DNA of 64,000 nt from Auanema rhodensis (lineage: Eukaryota; Animalia; Nematoda). This document shows, in pieces, positions 18,801 to 33,136 of this stretch. The notes under the pieces were generated by a model, which was not told the origin of the DNA, searched no databases, and worked only from the letters and a program-made list of their open reading frames with translations. The position numbers and the translations under genes were made by a program. Numbering within the stretch: the first letter of the stretch is position 1; every line of letters starts with the position of its first letter. Location: the NCBI GenBank assembly GCA_964057225.1, contig OZ059897.1:15376001-15440000 (forward strand), read 5' to 3'.

Positions 18801-21800
18801 TATGGGAATACGAATGGTCTACAGCGCTTTCCCAAATACTTTTGGCTTATTTTTAGCCAATTTTGACAATAATTCATATATGAGAGCGATTCCATTACAG
18901 ACCAATGATTATTTTTTTCCGTGAAGAAGAATTTAATAAGTTCTGCTTATGAAGAGATGAAAAAGAAATTAAATGATCTATGTTCAAAATTGATCTGATA
19001 GCATCACATGAGCAGCCAAATTCTCGTATTTATTGTGTTATCTACGTGTCTATATTTGGATTATCAATAATAAACCATCTCTCGCTTTTTGGTCGTAAAT
19101 GCCGTTGAGTGAATATGCGTGCGAACAGCGAATATTCTGATTTCGTGGTCATGTGCTTCTTCTATAGACGTAGCGTGGTCACGTGAACACAACGACTAAT
19201 CTGATTATGTTGGTTGACCGAGGTTGTTATACACACATACGCACAAATACGGCGAAAAGCTGAATGGACTTAAGGGGACAGAGATCTATCATCATCAATT
19301 TTTCGTCAGCTTAATGCTTGTTTCTTAACAGCTTCTTGTGTGCCCCCAGCTTTTCCACTTCATCTTGTTCTTCCTGTCTGGGCCTATGTCTCTAATTCTT
19401 CCTTGTTATCACGTTCTTATTTAGTTAACAACTGACCAACGTATATGAGAAAAGCTCGACAACGTGAGTTGAGTGTAGAACTGATGAAATGATGTTTGAG
19501 ACGATTAGCAAGCTGAGACAAGAATGAAAGAAGAAGAAAACGGAGCGAGGGAAAATATAAAGAGAACAGGAATCGAGAAGACGTTGAACAGAGCTTCTTC
19601 TCCACTGACCTAAGACACACAAGAAACACGTCATCATGTTTTCGTCAAAGTTAAAGAAAGAAAATATAAAGAGGGATTGTATGTCTGTCTGTTTGGGTGG
19701 GTCTATGGTGAGGAGAACAGACACTACAGCTGGAGCTCTGACAACTTAGTTTCGAAAGGAGAGGGATACAAGAGAGAGTCAAGTCGATTGATGAGTACCA
19801 TTGTTCATTTGATTTTATGATCTTAGTTGAAACAATCATACATAGGATTGAATGTATATTCTATATATTATGAATATCTATCAATATCTTTTCATAGTTT
19901 CTGTATACAAGAGTCAAGAATGGTAATCTGTTTTGGTCAATAAATTCACATAAATACATTGGTATATGAAACTAGGAAACCTTTTGTTCTCTTTAATAAA
20001 AGGAAAAAAGGCTCACAAAACATAAGCTTTAATAGTTGTTGACCCATTAATTACTCGAACAATCTCTTTATATATTCTCGGTCAATTTTTTCTTTTATTT
20101 CATTTCCTACTTCTATCGTCTATTCTTCAACTTCCTCAACGTCTTTATCTCCTCTATCTTATCTATTATTTCTTCCGATAGTTTGTATATATATATATAT
20201 AATATTAAAATATATTATATATACCTATTACACTTCTATTAATTTCCTATTTTTCTTTTTTTCACACTCTATTAGGAACCCCTGTCTGTACTGTCGGATT
20301 ATTGCTTTCTCTGCTTTTACTCTCTCCTTTTACCTCTCTATCTCTTTTTCTAGATGTTTAGTACTCTCTCAATATACACGTCTATCTCTTTTCCTTCAAA
20401 ACCGTTTGGCCACACAGCGGGGGCACTTAGAGGTCGACTAGACACCGAACCGTGAGCAACACAAAACACAAAAAAAAGAGCCATTTCCGATATGGTTTTC
20501 GGGGGAACCTAGGAAGTTCTTTCCTAGTTAAGACGATTGTTTGTTTTTTTTGCTTTCATTTCAATTGATGTACTTCAAAGTGTATCAAATTTGAAAGAAA
20601 AGCATTTGTTCTCACTGCAATAGATGAAAAATCTACAGAGCCTAAATGGATAAAAGCGGAGGTGAAAAGTAAACTAGGGAGGCATCACGCTTCCAAATAC
20701 ATTTTCAAAAGGCTGATAAACAAGGAAATGAGTTTTTTCTTTTTCTAAGATTAAGCCTAGTCGTTTTATTCAACTTCTTTATCTTGTTTCACTTGTGTCT
20801 CCGAAGAAAAGCCGCAAGATTTCAAGATTCATTCAGAACATCTTGAAAGGATGCATGCTCGTGAACCACACAAATATATATTGTTTTACGTCTGAGCTCC
20901 AAAAAACAAAGAAGGGATGGAAAAAATTCGGAAAAAAAAGTTGGAAAACACAGTTTTAAGAAACAAGCCCAACTAGCAGTTTGTCTGACTGTTCTTCTCT
21001 TCACCACTCTATTTATTCTTTATTTGTTTTGTTTTGTTTGAGTGTTCGAAGGGAGATTCTCGCTGACCAGAACTCTCTGTAGTTCATTCAGCTCTCTATC
21101 AGCATTCAGTTTGACCACATCATCATCTTCATCACTATTCTTCTTCAATTTCATCCCTGTACACCTCTCACTTGCTTTGCTTTCTTTCTCGCTCTCCATC
21201 TCAATCAGTCAGTCTTCTTTCTTCATTTTCCCTCTCATTCTCTGTATCACCTTCTTCTTCTTCTCTTCATCTACTTTCACATCTCGTATAAGCTCTTTCT
21301 TTCTTTCTTAAACACAAAGAAGCTCTTCTGAACATCTAGTCTTTTCCTTCTCTATTTCCATTTTCTTCTTTTCTCGACTTGCTTTTCGTATTTTTCATCT
21401 CTTACTCATTGCATTTCGTTGCTAAGCATAGGATTAAACCTGAGAGGTCTCATTTGATATACCGTAGTCGTCATTATCTTGTTAAGAAAAAAGTGAAAGA
21501 AAAGGTCAGTCATACACATTATATAAGGGTCAGGAGCAGCTAAGCTGATGTAGACAAGATGGAAGACAAGGGGAATGGAGGTCGTGAATTGACGAAAAAA
21601 AATGTTCCATAGGGGTATAGTAGAGAGCTCAATAAATTTTTAAAGGGAACAGCTCAAGATGTAATTTTTAAGTGCACTTACCAGCTTAAGATAGCCATTG
21701 ATGTTCATCTCACGGAAAACTTCGTTCATCCACATCTGACGTACGGAAGCATGAAGAACTTGAACCTCCAAAGTTTCACCGGCTGCTACGGTAGGTGGAA

Positions 21801-22557
21801 GAAGCATCAGAGCATTGCTTTTACCTGAAATACACACAATTTTGAATAAGAAATATGTTTTTTCATTTGAAAGAAGAAATTAAAAAAAAAACTATTAATA
21901 CTTACCTTGCATCTGATCAGCTTCCTTTGTCAACTTGTAAAAGAGGCATTCTTCAAGAACTTGATATTTATGATGAGCAACATCATCGATATCTAAAAGT
22001 AAAAGTTGTTGCCTGTATTTTAATATTTAAATTGAGCTCATTGAGGCAGATTTTCTGACGATATTTGTGAATTAAGTCAACAAAATGTACGAGAATCGGG
22101 GTCATTATGGTCGTTTTCGCTCTGCAATATCGTCTATTCAACCCGTAATTGAGGTCTTAACCATCACATTAAAAAAAAAAACTACAGGTGTCAATATAGT
22201 ATAAAAATAATATATTTCTAATTTAATATGCTAAAATATTAATAAATTGTTATAATTCATTAGAAAGTATAATGGATAAATTATGGAAATCAGCACTATG
22301 AATATGTTATTAGCAATAGAGATGTGATGAACAAGTATCAAGCACCGGAAAGAGCCTCTTCGTATAATTCTACCACAAAAGAAAATCTTACCAGTAATGT
22401 TATTTTTCCAACGACATTCAGAATCATATGCTGATACAGGCAGGAAAGCTTGAAGTGATAGAAGGGCTAAAAAGCTCAATCTCGAAGCCGTGAGAGAGGG
22501 ACAGAGTTGCTGTGATGGTCGCATCTCTTTCCACTGACCCTCAAACAACCTCATCAT
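15899..22557 (-). CDS. lgc-34: Divergent Cys-loop ligand-gated ion channel subunit (LGC-34-like), about 11 exons
   Basis: Signal peptide; SWKDRRLRW and LWVPDI (exon ~18582-18700); Cys-loop CDIDYTEYPSDKKHC (C-x13-C); four TM segments ending ...FIYVIGAIIIAF*. The family call is firm; the symbol is recalled similarity only. Confidence 0.85.
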
Positions 22558-25500
22558 GCAGGACAGAGAAAGGGGTGGAGGTGAAGAGAAGAGAGAGGGG
22601 GGGGTGGAGGTTAGGATGACTGTCGATAGAGGTGAGGCAAGCGAAGATTTAAAGAAAGAGTAAGAAATATTGAGAGAAAAAGAGAAAAATGAATGAAATA
22701 TAAAAAGAAATGAAAAGATAACTACATGTGAATAAGGAAAGAAGTTGAATAAGAATTAAACACACAATATATTATAGTTTATATACTCAATTATAACTAT
22801 AATACTATATGTTATATACTATATTACAAGAAAGAAATAAAGAAAGAAAGATACTCATACATATTCATAAATTATTTCTTTTATTTTTGAATGTTAAATA
22901 TTGGCGGTTTTTTTAAAGAATATTTTTAAGATTTTCAGAAATATTTTGAATGTTAAATGTGCGAATTATATTGAAAAACTTTGTATAAAAACACTTTTAT
23001 TGTATTGAAAAAACAAGCATATAACATTATCAGAACTTAAATCTTTCATCTCTCCAGTCAACATTCGAACTCAATTTCAACCTCGTGAACGATTACTTAC
23101 CATAGCCCTGAAAACCATACACTCAATCAATTATTTTGTATCTCACGCTACTCACGTATTCAAAAGATTGAATGACGTGTAATTACGTGAAATTCACTTA
23201 ATGTGTCTGATTCATTTCAGTATACGGACGGCTATGTACGGTTGCTACTTTTTTTTTCATTTTTTTTGCTTTGCTCTTATTACATCCATAACCAAGAGCA
23301 TATGTCGAAGTCATTATAGACATATTTAAGACTATAATAGAAGTAGTATTATAATAGTCGACAAACTAACGCACCTTTTCACCCAAATTCTTACATTTCA
23401 CTCATTTATTGAAACAAATGACGACTATTTCATTCAATATTCACACGATTTTCAACAATTTTGTGAAAATATGATTTTTACGCCAAAGTTACTGATCCAC
23501 AAGTTCACCCAAAATAGGGTGCTTTTTGATATATAACGACGATCATTATAATACTACTAATAGACTCAAGAACGATATACTTTAGGTTGTCCGTTCAAAG
23601 TGGAAAATAGGGAGAGTAAATGTTAGATATAAGGGGAAATAGGGAGGGACAGAGAAAAAAGAAATATAAAAAGGAAATAGTTACTATGATTGGTCACAGT
23701 TGATTATAAGTTCATTCAAAAACAACATCTGTTCAATCTTTTCAAAAGGTTAGACACAAGTAGAACCTTTCTCATTTGATTATTCACATAAGGTCTATGA
23801 AACATGTTCAATTGGACATGCTCTATATGTTAAAATGGATGAAAAGAAATAAATGGAAAAGAGGGGATTAAACAACTGTGTGTATCTTAATAGTTTCCAT
23901 TTCATTTTTACTCTTTTATCCCATTTCTCAGTTAAATTCTTCGTTTCGTCCTTCTAACCTGACTGGATTAAGACCAGCTATTCTGCTCAAATAGAGGCCA
24001 TGATGAACACATTGAAGGTTTATACAAATGCAAATGATTAAATTTTTACAATTGAAAGACATACAATACTTAGAAAAAGAATTTTTTAAAGATTATTCTT
24101 TTAATAATATAAATCAAGAAATCATTTACTATAATAAAATATAAGAATAAGCAGTCAAAAGTCATTGATAATATATTTTTCTTCTAAATTCAATATAAAT
24201 ATAAATTTAAATACGAATATGTTGTTTTATTTTATAGCAAATCTAGTCTAACTTGCTAATAATTGTAAGCAATTTAAATTTATTTATGTTTTAAATATTT
24301 ATTTATAAATTATTATACAATAAAAAAAACATTCTAATATTATATTACTTTGTAATAAATAATTTTCTATTTTTTTCATTCATTTCAAAAATGTAATCAA
24401 AAAGTTTAGTTAACTATAATTATAAATAATTATAATATGTTAAACTAAGTTGCATACATATATAGGTATTGAAGTAGTTTAGATATCTGCCATCAATCAT
24501 GCATGGCATGCTTTACAGCTATCCATATTCTGTTTCTTCTCAATGTTTTCCCTCTCGTTTGCTCTCTCAATTTTCTCAAGTTGAAGTTGTTCCTCTTTTA
24601 TTTTCAGCCCTGTTTCTTTTTTGTATAGTTCTATGTTATATACTTATAGCTGAATTCTTTTATTTAATTTTTTTTCGTATATTTTACCAGCTGCAACAGG
24701 TAACAACTTTTTTTATTTTTGTTTATGAGCACAACAAAAGGAAAATATGCCATTTCTTTTTTTTTATAAAGTTTATCTGTAATGCTTTGTATATTTGTTT
24801 GATTCTTCTTTCAAAAAAAATTTTTTTTTATAATTTATATATTTGGAATATATAGTTATTTTATAATAATAAACATATTGATATATGTATATGTACATGT
24901 TAAAGATCTAACTCGTCAGCTTTATTTTCTTCTTTTTCTAAGCTTCATTAAGTTAAAGAAGCCGAACTAGCTATCTATTTCTATAAGCTTCATGATTCAT
25001 TTAGTTAAAATCTTTTGTTTTCATTTTTTTTAATTAAAACACGTCGTGTACTATCATATATAATGAATGCTTCTTACTAGATGTAACTACTACTTTTCAT
25101 TTTCATTATACTTTCTGTTCATTTTGATATTTGCAAGTAAGATTTTCTTTCTTATTTCTTTTCAATATATGCTTTAAACTACTTTTTATACTTTTATGTA
25201 AAATTATCTAAAGGTGATGCTTCCTATGACGTAAATAATAATTGATAGGAAATGGAAAAAAAAGAAGAAATAATTAAATGCGGAGAGATGATGAAAAAAC
25301 TTGAAAAGGACCGAGAGGGAGATTGAAGGAGGAGTCAATTCAAGAGATTGAAAGGACGGAAGATCGAATGGAAAAAGTAGAAGGATTGAGAGTGGATGGG
25401 AAAATATGTCGTTTTTTCTGTTCCTCCTCCCTTTCTCTTCTTCTGTCCTTCTAAGTCTTCCCGTTTCTCATGCTATGAGTTTGTCTCCATGGAATTCGTG

Positions 25501-27764
25501 GCAAAATCCTCTATCAGCTCTACTCAGACAACTTTAGAAAAAGCAAGCCGACTTACTGAGTCAAGCATGGTGGTCATTTCGTCGATTTTGCTAATGCATG
25601 AAGCTCTGATTCTCGTAGTGTATGTCTGTGGGTGTATTTGGTAGAAGAACAACTTTATAAGAATAGAAGAAAGAAATGAAAGAAGCAAAAGAAGAGAAAA
25701 ATGAAAAGGAAAGAAAGGGAGAAGGGGAAGAGTGAGAAAAAAGAAAAATTGAGAGAGAGAGAGATGAAGAGAGAAAGAGAGAGCGATACTCAAGTGAATG
25801 TGCCATGGAGAGCTGGATGCCGATTTTCAGGGGCGCCATGTTTCGTCTCTTAGCTTTCCCTCACCATTCCTTCTCTCCTCTCTACTCCCGTTAGCTATAT
25901 ATGGAAGAAGGAGCTTCACGTACATTGATTTGTCTGTTGCCTCTCTATGAAGTACGGTGTCTGACTAGTGGTTGGTCCAGCTTCTCTTTGCTCGTTTTCG
26001 TCCACCATCGGGCAAGAGGCGCCATCCTATCGACCCATTTGCTTCTAACTCTCTTCATTCTCTACGTCTTCAATTCAGTTTCCCTCTTTCTCTCTTTTTC
26101 TCTCTCTCTCTCTTCCTATTTCCATTTCATTCCCTCCTCCCTCATTTTTTCTATATCCCCTCTTCCCTTCGTTCTCTCTATCTTTTGCTTCCCCGTATTT
26201 CTCTATGTTTCGGCTTCATTTGCTCTCTCTATGGGCTGCTCACTTTCCATTCTATCCAGTCACACTCTTAGCATGCTAGAAAACTGAATCAGAAACTCAG
26301 ATAGACCTCCCATTATATCCCATATCACTGCTGAGAATATCTCCAAGCTTTTAATTTTTCAATCATCCTTCATGGCTATAACCATTCTCCTTTATTTATC
26401 TTTTTCTGATGTATTTTATTTCTTAGTCTTTAAAGTATTCTTTCTTTTTCTTTTTCTAACTTTGCCATCCTTATATTTTGTTCCAAATATAAAATGTTTT
26501 AAAGAAATTTCACCCAAGTGTTGTCCAGGGACCTCTACTGGACAAAATTGAATTTACTTCAAGAAGAAGCATTCCATTTTCCTATTGCCTAACTATTCTC
26601 AGTCATCACTTTGTCCTTTTAAAAACTGGTATAAACTAGCAAGTTGCGCATGTCAGAAGTTGTAGAACTTTATTTGCTATGTCAATTATTTATAATTAAA
26701 ACCTTTTTTCTTCCATTTATCACATTGCTCACCTTATTGCTCTCAACAAACTTTTATTTTTGATGAAAGAAAATAGTTTTAATATTCCAAACTTCAAGTC
26801 TTTTCCTATCATGACATATATGTATTTATCAAGAAAACTATTATTTTTTTGTTTTCAATGTGAAGCTCCTGAAATTCGGCTCGCTCGCCTATTTTAATCG
26901 GCCTTCAGAGAAAATCTATCCTATTCCTCTCACTTTATCCCTTTCTCGTCTTTATTTTTTGAATTTTCATCGAGAACTTTGAAAAAAATGCTTGTCAAGT
27001 TTAAAATTATGCTAATTAGTTGATTTCACGTGAAAGGAAATGCATTTGGAGAACTCAAATTGGTTGTGTTTCTCATTGATTCATTTTGTTTCGATTAAAA
27101 TAAAAGAAAAAGAAAAATAAAAAAATGATTTTACCTCATATCTTAACTTTCGATTATTTCCATTCAAATCATCTTTGTTATTAAATCAAAATTATAATCT
27201 CATTTTATGTTTAATCCTTTAAAGTAGGATATATAAGTTGTTTACATCTTGTTGTACCTTCGTTATTTCTTGAATTTTAAAGAAAAAAAAATATCCACAT
27301 CATTACTGTCTTTTTCTCATTTAATCCTTTTTTAATCAAATTTAAGGAAAAAACTAAAAAAACTGGCAAAAATGGGAACAAGCTAAATGGTTTGTAGAAT
27401 CAATCAGTATAAGATTTGGATATGAAACAAATAAATAACAACGTGATTCATTTTCTGATTCAGTATTTCCTGTGAGCTTAATCAGCTTTCTATTGACTTA
27501 GCAAAGCAAAAGTCTGCTTGTTTGAAATCTTTACGATAATTACTGCAAGTATCGGTCAGTGGTCACACTCTCAAACTTGTGCTATCTTCCCCCCAAATTG
27601 GGGAAAACTCTGTCACGCTCAAATCCTTTTCCGCCGAGTTCATGCATTACAATGGTTAAAAAATATTTTTTTCAACTGGATATCCTTATTTTGCTCAATT
27701 ATTTTTCAAAAATAATATATATGAATTGGGAAATAAGAAAAAGAAGAATCAACTTTCAATATTG

Positions 27765-30700
27765 ATGGCTCGAAACAAACCCTCAGCCATTAATATCGCT
27801 CGGAAACTAGGTACTTAGTTTCAACGCCATCAAACAGACATTTTCTGTTTTTTTTTTCTCATTTCTTCCAGCAAGAGTAGTTAGCTTCCTCCTTTTCTAT
27901 TCTTATTCTTCTGTTTCTTCTACTTCATTGATTCCATTGCTATTTTTTTCTTGTGAGATATTCATTTTTGTGTTCCTTGAACTTTTTCTCATACTTATGC
28001 TACGAGACTCGGTTGCTAACCCTCTCTCCCCCCCCCCCTCTTTTTGGCTCATTAACATCGTCGTCATTTATATTTTAATTTCCTATTTTCTGTATCTAAT
28101 TAAAAATATTTAAGACCTCTTCTCATTTAGAGTTTATGAAAAGATATATAAGAATTGAAGAAATAGTAATCCTTCTATTTTCTACAAAGAAATTTCATGA
28201 TTTTTTAACATTCTATGCATATATGTAAATGCATGAAAATATATTTCATTCTTTCTTTTTTTAAAAAAAAAAGAAATTTTATATATCAATTTCTATTCAA
28301 ATTATTACTTTTATTATTAAGAAATTATTTATTTTTTTGATATTTTCAGCTGTTGGTCTCAGATCGATCTCGAACACCGGTGGAGGGGGGTCAACAGGCA
28401 CCCTCCATCGATGTTTCCATTGACTTTACCAGGCCTGATGGACAGAGAACCAGGTAAAGTAATATTCAATATGCTATGTAGATTCTGAATTGAAATTTTA
28501 AAAAGATATATGTATATATATATTATATATTATACTCACATATGCAACTTTGAAACTTACTTTTTATTAGAATTGTTGATTGAGGGTTAAAGCTCAAGTT
28601 CAAGGTTTAAACAGTGAAACATTTTTTTATTCAAAAAAAAAAATACACATCTAATATTCATATCCATTTAACATTTCAAGTCAAAAATGGTCATTTTCTT
28701 TTTTGCTTATGAACTAAGAATTTGGATAAAAAATTAAAAGATCTCAATGCATATCTAGTAATACTCATTTTCTAAAACTTCTTCAAATTAAAAAAGAAAA
28801 GACTTTACTAAGTTTTGTGTTTTAAAAATTAAAAGTATTCTTTTTTGAGTTATTCCTTTTCTATTTTTACTTTCAACTTTAGCTATTTTTATAGACCATT
28901 ACTTGTGGAAAACAAGCGACTCTATGTAGATGAACATTATATTTCTATATGGTCTCCAGTTCTCAGGTTAGATAAGATTAATATTTATTTTTTATTTAAA
29001 TTATATATATGTGTATGTTAAAAATTATATTATACTTTGGTACGTTCAATGTTTAAGCTTTACTTTTTTATGTTTCGTCAATGTAAGCTGATAAGCTCTC
29101 TATCAATCACATTACTATAATACCCGTTCGTTCATATTCATGTTGCTAAATCATGATTAGATTCATTTTTAAGAAAAATTTCATTAATTAAAGCTGTTTG
29201 TTTTTTAAACATTTGAAATGAAAATTACACAGCTTATGGATGTTCTGGGGAAATAAGTATGTAATTCGAAATTGCTTTGCGAACTACATAAACATCAGTT
29301 AATTACATTGTTTTATTATATTTTCTAATTTTATATTTTAGTAAGTGAAAGAGTAAATTAGCTTAAATGAATGGTTTAAATGGTTTTTATTCAAAAATTG
29401 TCTATGATTTCTGATATAATATGTAAAAGTTTTTTTTTTGGCTTGGCCATCATATTCGAGAAAATTTATATAAGAAACAAAATAGGAAGGAAAAGGAGTA
29501 ATAGAAGAATGTAGATGGGTTGAATATATACATAGGTTGTAAAAGGAAAAAATGTAATCTGAGAAGTTGATCGAAAGAGATGAGAATATTGGAGGGAGAT
29601 AAAATAAGTGAAACTAACAACGATGAACAGATGAAGTGTCAAGACTTTTACATATATGTATATGTACATATATATTCATATTTTTTTTGTTAAAAAAATA
29701 AAAATAAAAAATATATTTTGTAGTTTAAATAGTACAAAATGATTTGTACATCATTTTTTGAATATTGATCAACATTGAAAGAATGAAATTAAAAAATGAA
29801 TAGACATATAAGTTAATTATTCATAAATAATTTTATAATTTCAGAGCTTGGTGTGTAGAATGTCCAGATCGTGAACTGATTTTAGCTAACGTACAATATG
29901 ATCATGTCTTAGAAATGTTAGAATGTATACATCCAACTTATAAAGCAATTGATGATCAATCTGTTCATATTCTTCTTCCTTTAGCTTATGATTATCAGGT
30001 TAGATTATTAATTTTATTTTTTATTGTTTCATAAAAAAATTTTGTTCATTTAGATGGAAGGGTTGCTTCATCGTTGTGAATGTTTTCTTATTACACATAA
30101 TTTGCCTTTTTTGGAAAAAGTATGGATAGCAGATAGGTAATTAGGCAATTGGGAAAAAAAGTAATTATATATTTAATTATATTTAAGGTATAAATTGAAT
30201 AGATTATTAGTTCTCTGTCTGCGTGAAATGCGACCACATAGTAAAGTTGATTTAACGGGTTCACGATATTATGCTCTTAGTGATCGAGTTAAAGTTCTTT
30301 TATTAGAACGTCTTCATGGAGCGCCAGCACCTGAAGTAGGTACCAAAACATATTTTTACAAATATATTTAGATAATATTTATATTTTATTAACTTATTTA
30401 TAGGAAATTCCTGAACCACCTTTGGATATGGAACAATTTCAAAGAGCTACAGACCTACAATTTGCTGTTATTCGAGCCAAAACTGGAAGACAATACTACG
30501 TCAATCCTTATTATATTGCTGCTTGGTCTAACGTCTTTCAAGTATGTTTTGGTTTTGTATCAACTTTATTTTGAAGTTTTTTCTGTGAAAATTCAGATTT
30601 TCTGGTAAACAACCGTTCAATAAGTAATTTTGTCTTAAAAATCATATTTTACGTGAAGAAAATGGGGATAGGGGGAGTACATGAATTATTTTATAATATA

Positions 30701-31749
30701 TAATACTAGATAGAAATCATATAATTCATAATATTTCAGATAGTAAATCATTTTCACTTTTTATGTTTTATGTTTTTCTTTTTTTTTCAGGAAAGAGTTT
30801 ATACAACACCGAATGGCTTAGAAGAAATGTTTTGTCCGTGCTCGCATGAAGAACTAAAGGCTTTCCTAATGGCCATTCATCCTCCTCAGCTTCGAATTAA
30901 TGGTAATTTTTATTTTAAGATTTTTTTTGTGGCAAAAAAACATCAACATATGCATAGTGTCGATCGAAATTTTCGTATAAGATATTCGTTTTTATGTTGT
31001 TTTCCAAAATGTTATGGATGGATAATTGTGAATTTTACTTAGAGAGTAAAGTGACAATGTTGTTCGAAACTGAACTTATTTGCATTAAAATTCATGAAGA
31101 AATAGAAAAAGAAATTTATCTAAGAATTTGAATTGAAATTGATAAATAACTAATATTATATCAATAGAATATTATTCATTTTAAGAACAAAATATTGCTC
31201 CTGTTTTAATGTCAGCTTGTAAAATGGAAAGTCCAGCACTTCTGAGGAAATGTGCAACTCTATTGCTCGCACCCCAAACACAGGTAACTTTTACTGTAAA
31301 CTTTGTGTACAATACAATTTTTCTTTTAGCTATCAGTCTTTGTTCGATTATCTTTGTTGGATCGATGTTTTCTGCATGAAATGATTCCTGCATGTTTAGC
31401 AATGGTTCAACGACCAGAACATCTTTTACAAATGACTCAACAAAGCACTTGTTAGTTTTAAATTATTTTTTGTTTTACTTCAACATGTAATGTTTTAGAT
31501 GATTGTCTTTCAACCAGAGCAAAAGCAGCAATGCTGGATAGATTAACCCAATTAATGCTTAATCCTGGTCAACAACCTCACCATTGCAAGCAGTATATTA
31601 ACATTTTTTCCCAATAAATCGAATTTTATCTTTTTAGATGTAAAGCTTACTCTGCATGTTCTTCAGTCTCTTGGATGTGTCCTCAATGCCGAACACATTC
31701 AAATGATATTAGTCTCATCAGAAATTCGACCAATACCACTCACAGATAA
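27765..31749 (+). CDS. Tandem BTB/POZ-domain protein with C-terminal CxxC...CxxC motif; 5' end uncertain
   Basis: DFTRPDG-RTRPLLVENKRLYVDEHYISIWSPVL, LLPLAYDYQMEGLLHRCE, a second repeat YYVNPYYIAAWSNVF...LKAFLMAIHP, and a terminal HCKQC...CPQC. Confidence 0.82.
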
Positions 31750-32147
31750 AAATTATTTATTAACTATTTGCAATAAAATAAATTATTTATTTAAACAATT
31801 TTTTAATAATATTCAATTTTTCAATGAATATTTGCTTTTCAAGACATTAACACACGCGAAATCGCTGAAGAAAGCCATAGAGAAGATCCAATTAAACTCA
31901 CAAATACGAGCTTTGGATTTCCTCCAAAATGTTCTAATTTCTGTTGAATCCTGAATTTCCTTTTTTTTCTTACTCAATCATGTTCGTTTCATTACACCGA
32001 CTAACTTTTATGGAACTTCCTACTTAGTTTTACTTCTTTATACAATAAATCCTATGTAGTGGAACAAAACTCGATCGTCAAAGAAAACAATTCATCCAGT
32101 CAAATCAACAAATTCAATTTCAAGGTATTGGTAACAAAATTACAAAT

Positions 32148-33136
32148 TTAAACAACAAGACGATACGTAATGTACCTACCAGCAGTTTCAGATGGGCGAA
32201 TAATTTTAACAACCTAAAAAGGTAAAATAAGTAAACAAATTAGAAGCAAACAAACTTGTCCTCGTTTTAAACCAAAATATCGCGCAACTGGGTCTGATAA
32301 TTGAATTCGGGGTAATTGACTTTCCTTTAACTTACTGAAATTTAGAAAGTTATAACATATTAAAAACAACGAGCATACTATCTAGCTAGTAATTCAGCCT
32401 TCTCCTCCGAGGTCATAACAACATGCTCAGGGACTAACTCATGTTCCGTAATATTAACCTAGAACATATTCAAATAAGAAAATATATAACCAAATATATA
32501 CCATAAGTTCAGCTTCTAAAAATTGTTCAAGAGTATATTTAGGGGCCATGTCGGCAATAGACTGCAATGGCAAATTAATTTTTAAAACACAACGAAATTA
32601 ATTTACCTGCTTAGCAGATGGAGTCATTCCGGTCTGGACAACAATAATAGCACGAGTAATATTTTGTTCTTGCATTTGTTGACAAATAGCCTGAAAAAAA
32701 AATGAATTAGGCACGGTCAGTGCTAGCAAACCTAACCTTAATTGTTTTGATTCCAATCTTAGTATCTTCAGGGAAAAACACAAACATCTGATCTTTAATA
32801 GAGACATGAAAATATTAAAAACTAAAGTCATACTTACCAGTTGGGTCATCATTATGGGCAACAAGAATTGTAAGTTCACTACGAGCAGGCTTGCGTTCAC
32901 TTGGCTTATCACCGAACATTTCCTAATTCATACAGTTTAAACATTAAATTAGAAATTATAACACCTTAAACTGCTCTAAAGTTTGATCCAACTCTTCTTG
33001 AGTCACTAAGTATCCTCTATCGTGACACATCTAATATTAAGTTACGTTTTATTAAGCAATATTTTGTATAAATTACCTGCATAATAGTTTTACGAACTCG
33101 CCATAAGCGGTATGTTTCCAATTCATCATCAGCCAT
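32148..33136 (-). CDS. rpb-5: RNA polymerase I/II/III shared subunit RPB5
   Basis: [27 protein letters not shown]...[11 protein letters not shown]...[16 protein letters not shown]...[14 protein letters not shown]. Confidence 0.98.

Noticed and set aside
25551-25577. Minus-strand ATG...TCA|GTAAGT mini-exon (MTTMLDS) as an upstream lgc exon
   Set aside because: The donor is good, but no convincing phase-0 acceptor partner was found. It cannot be supported without transcripts.
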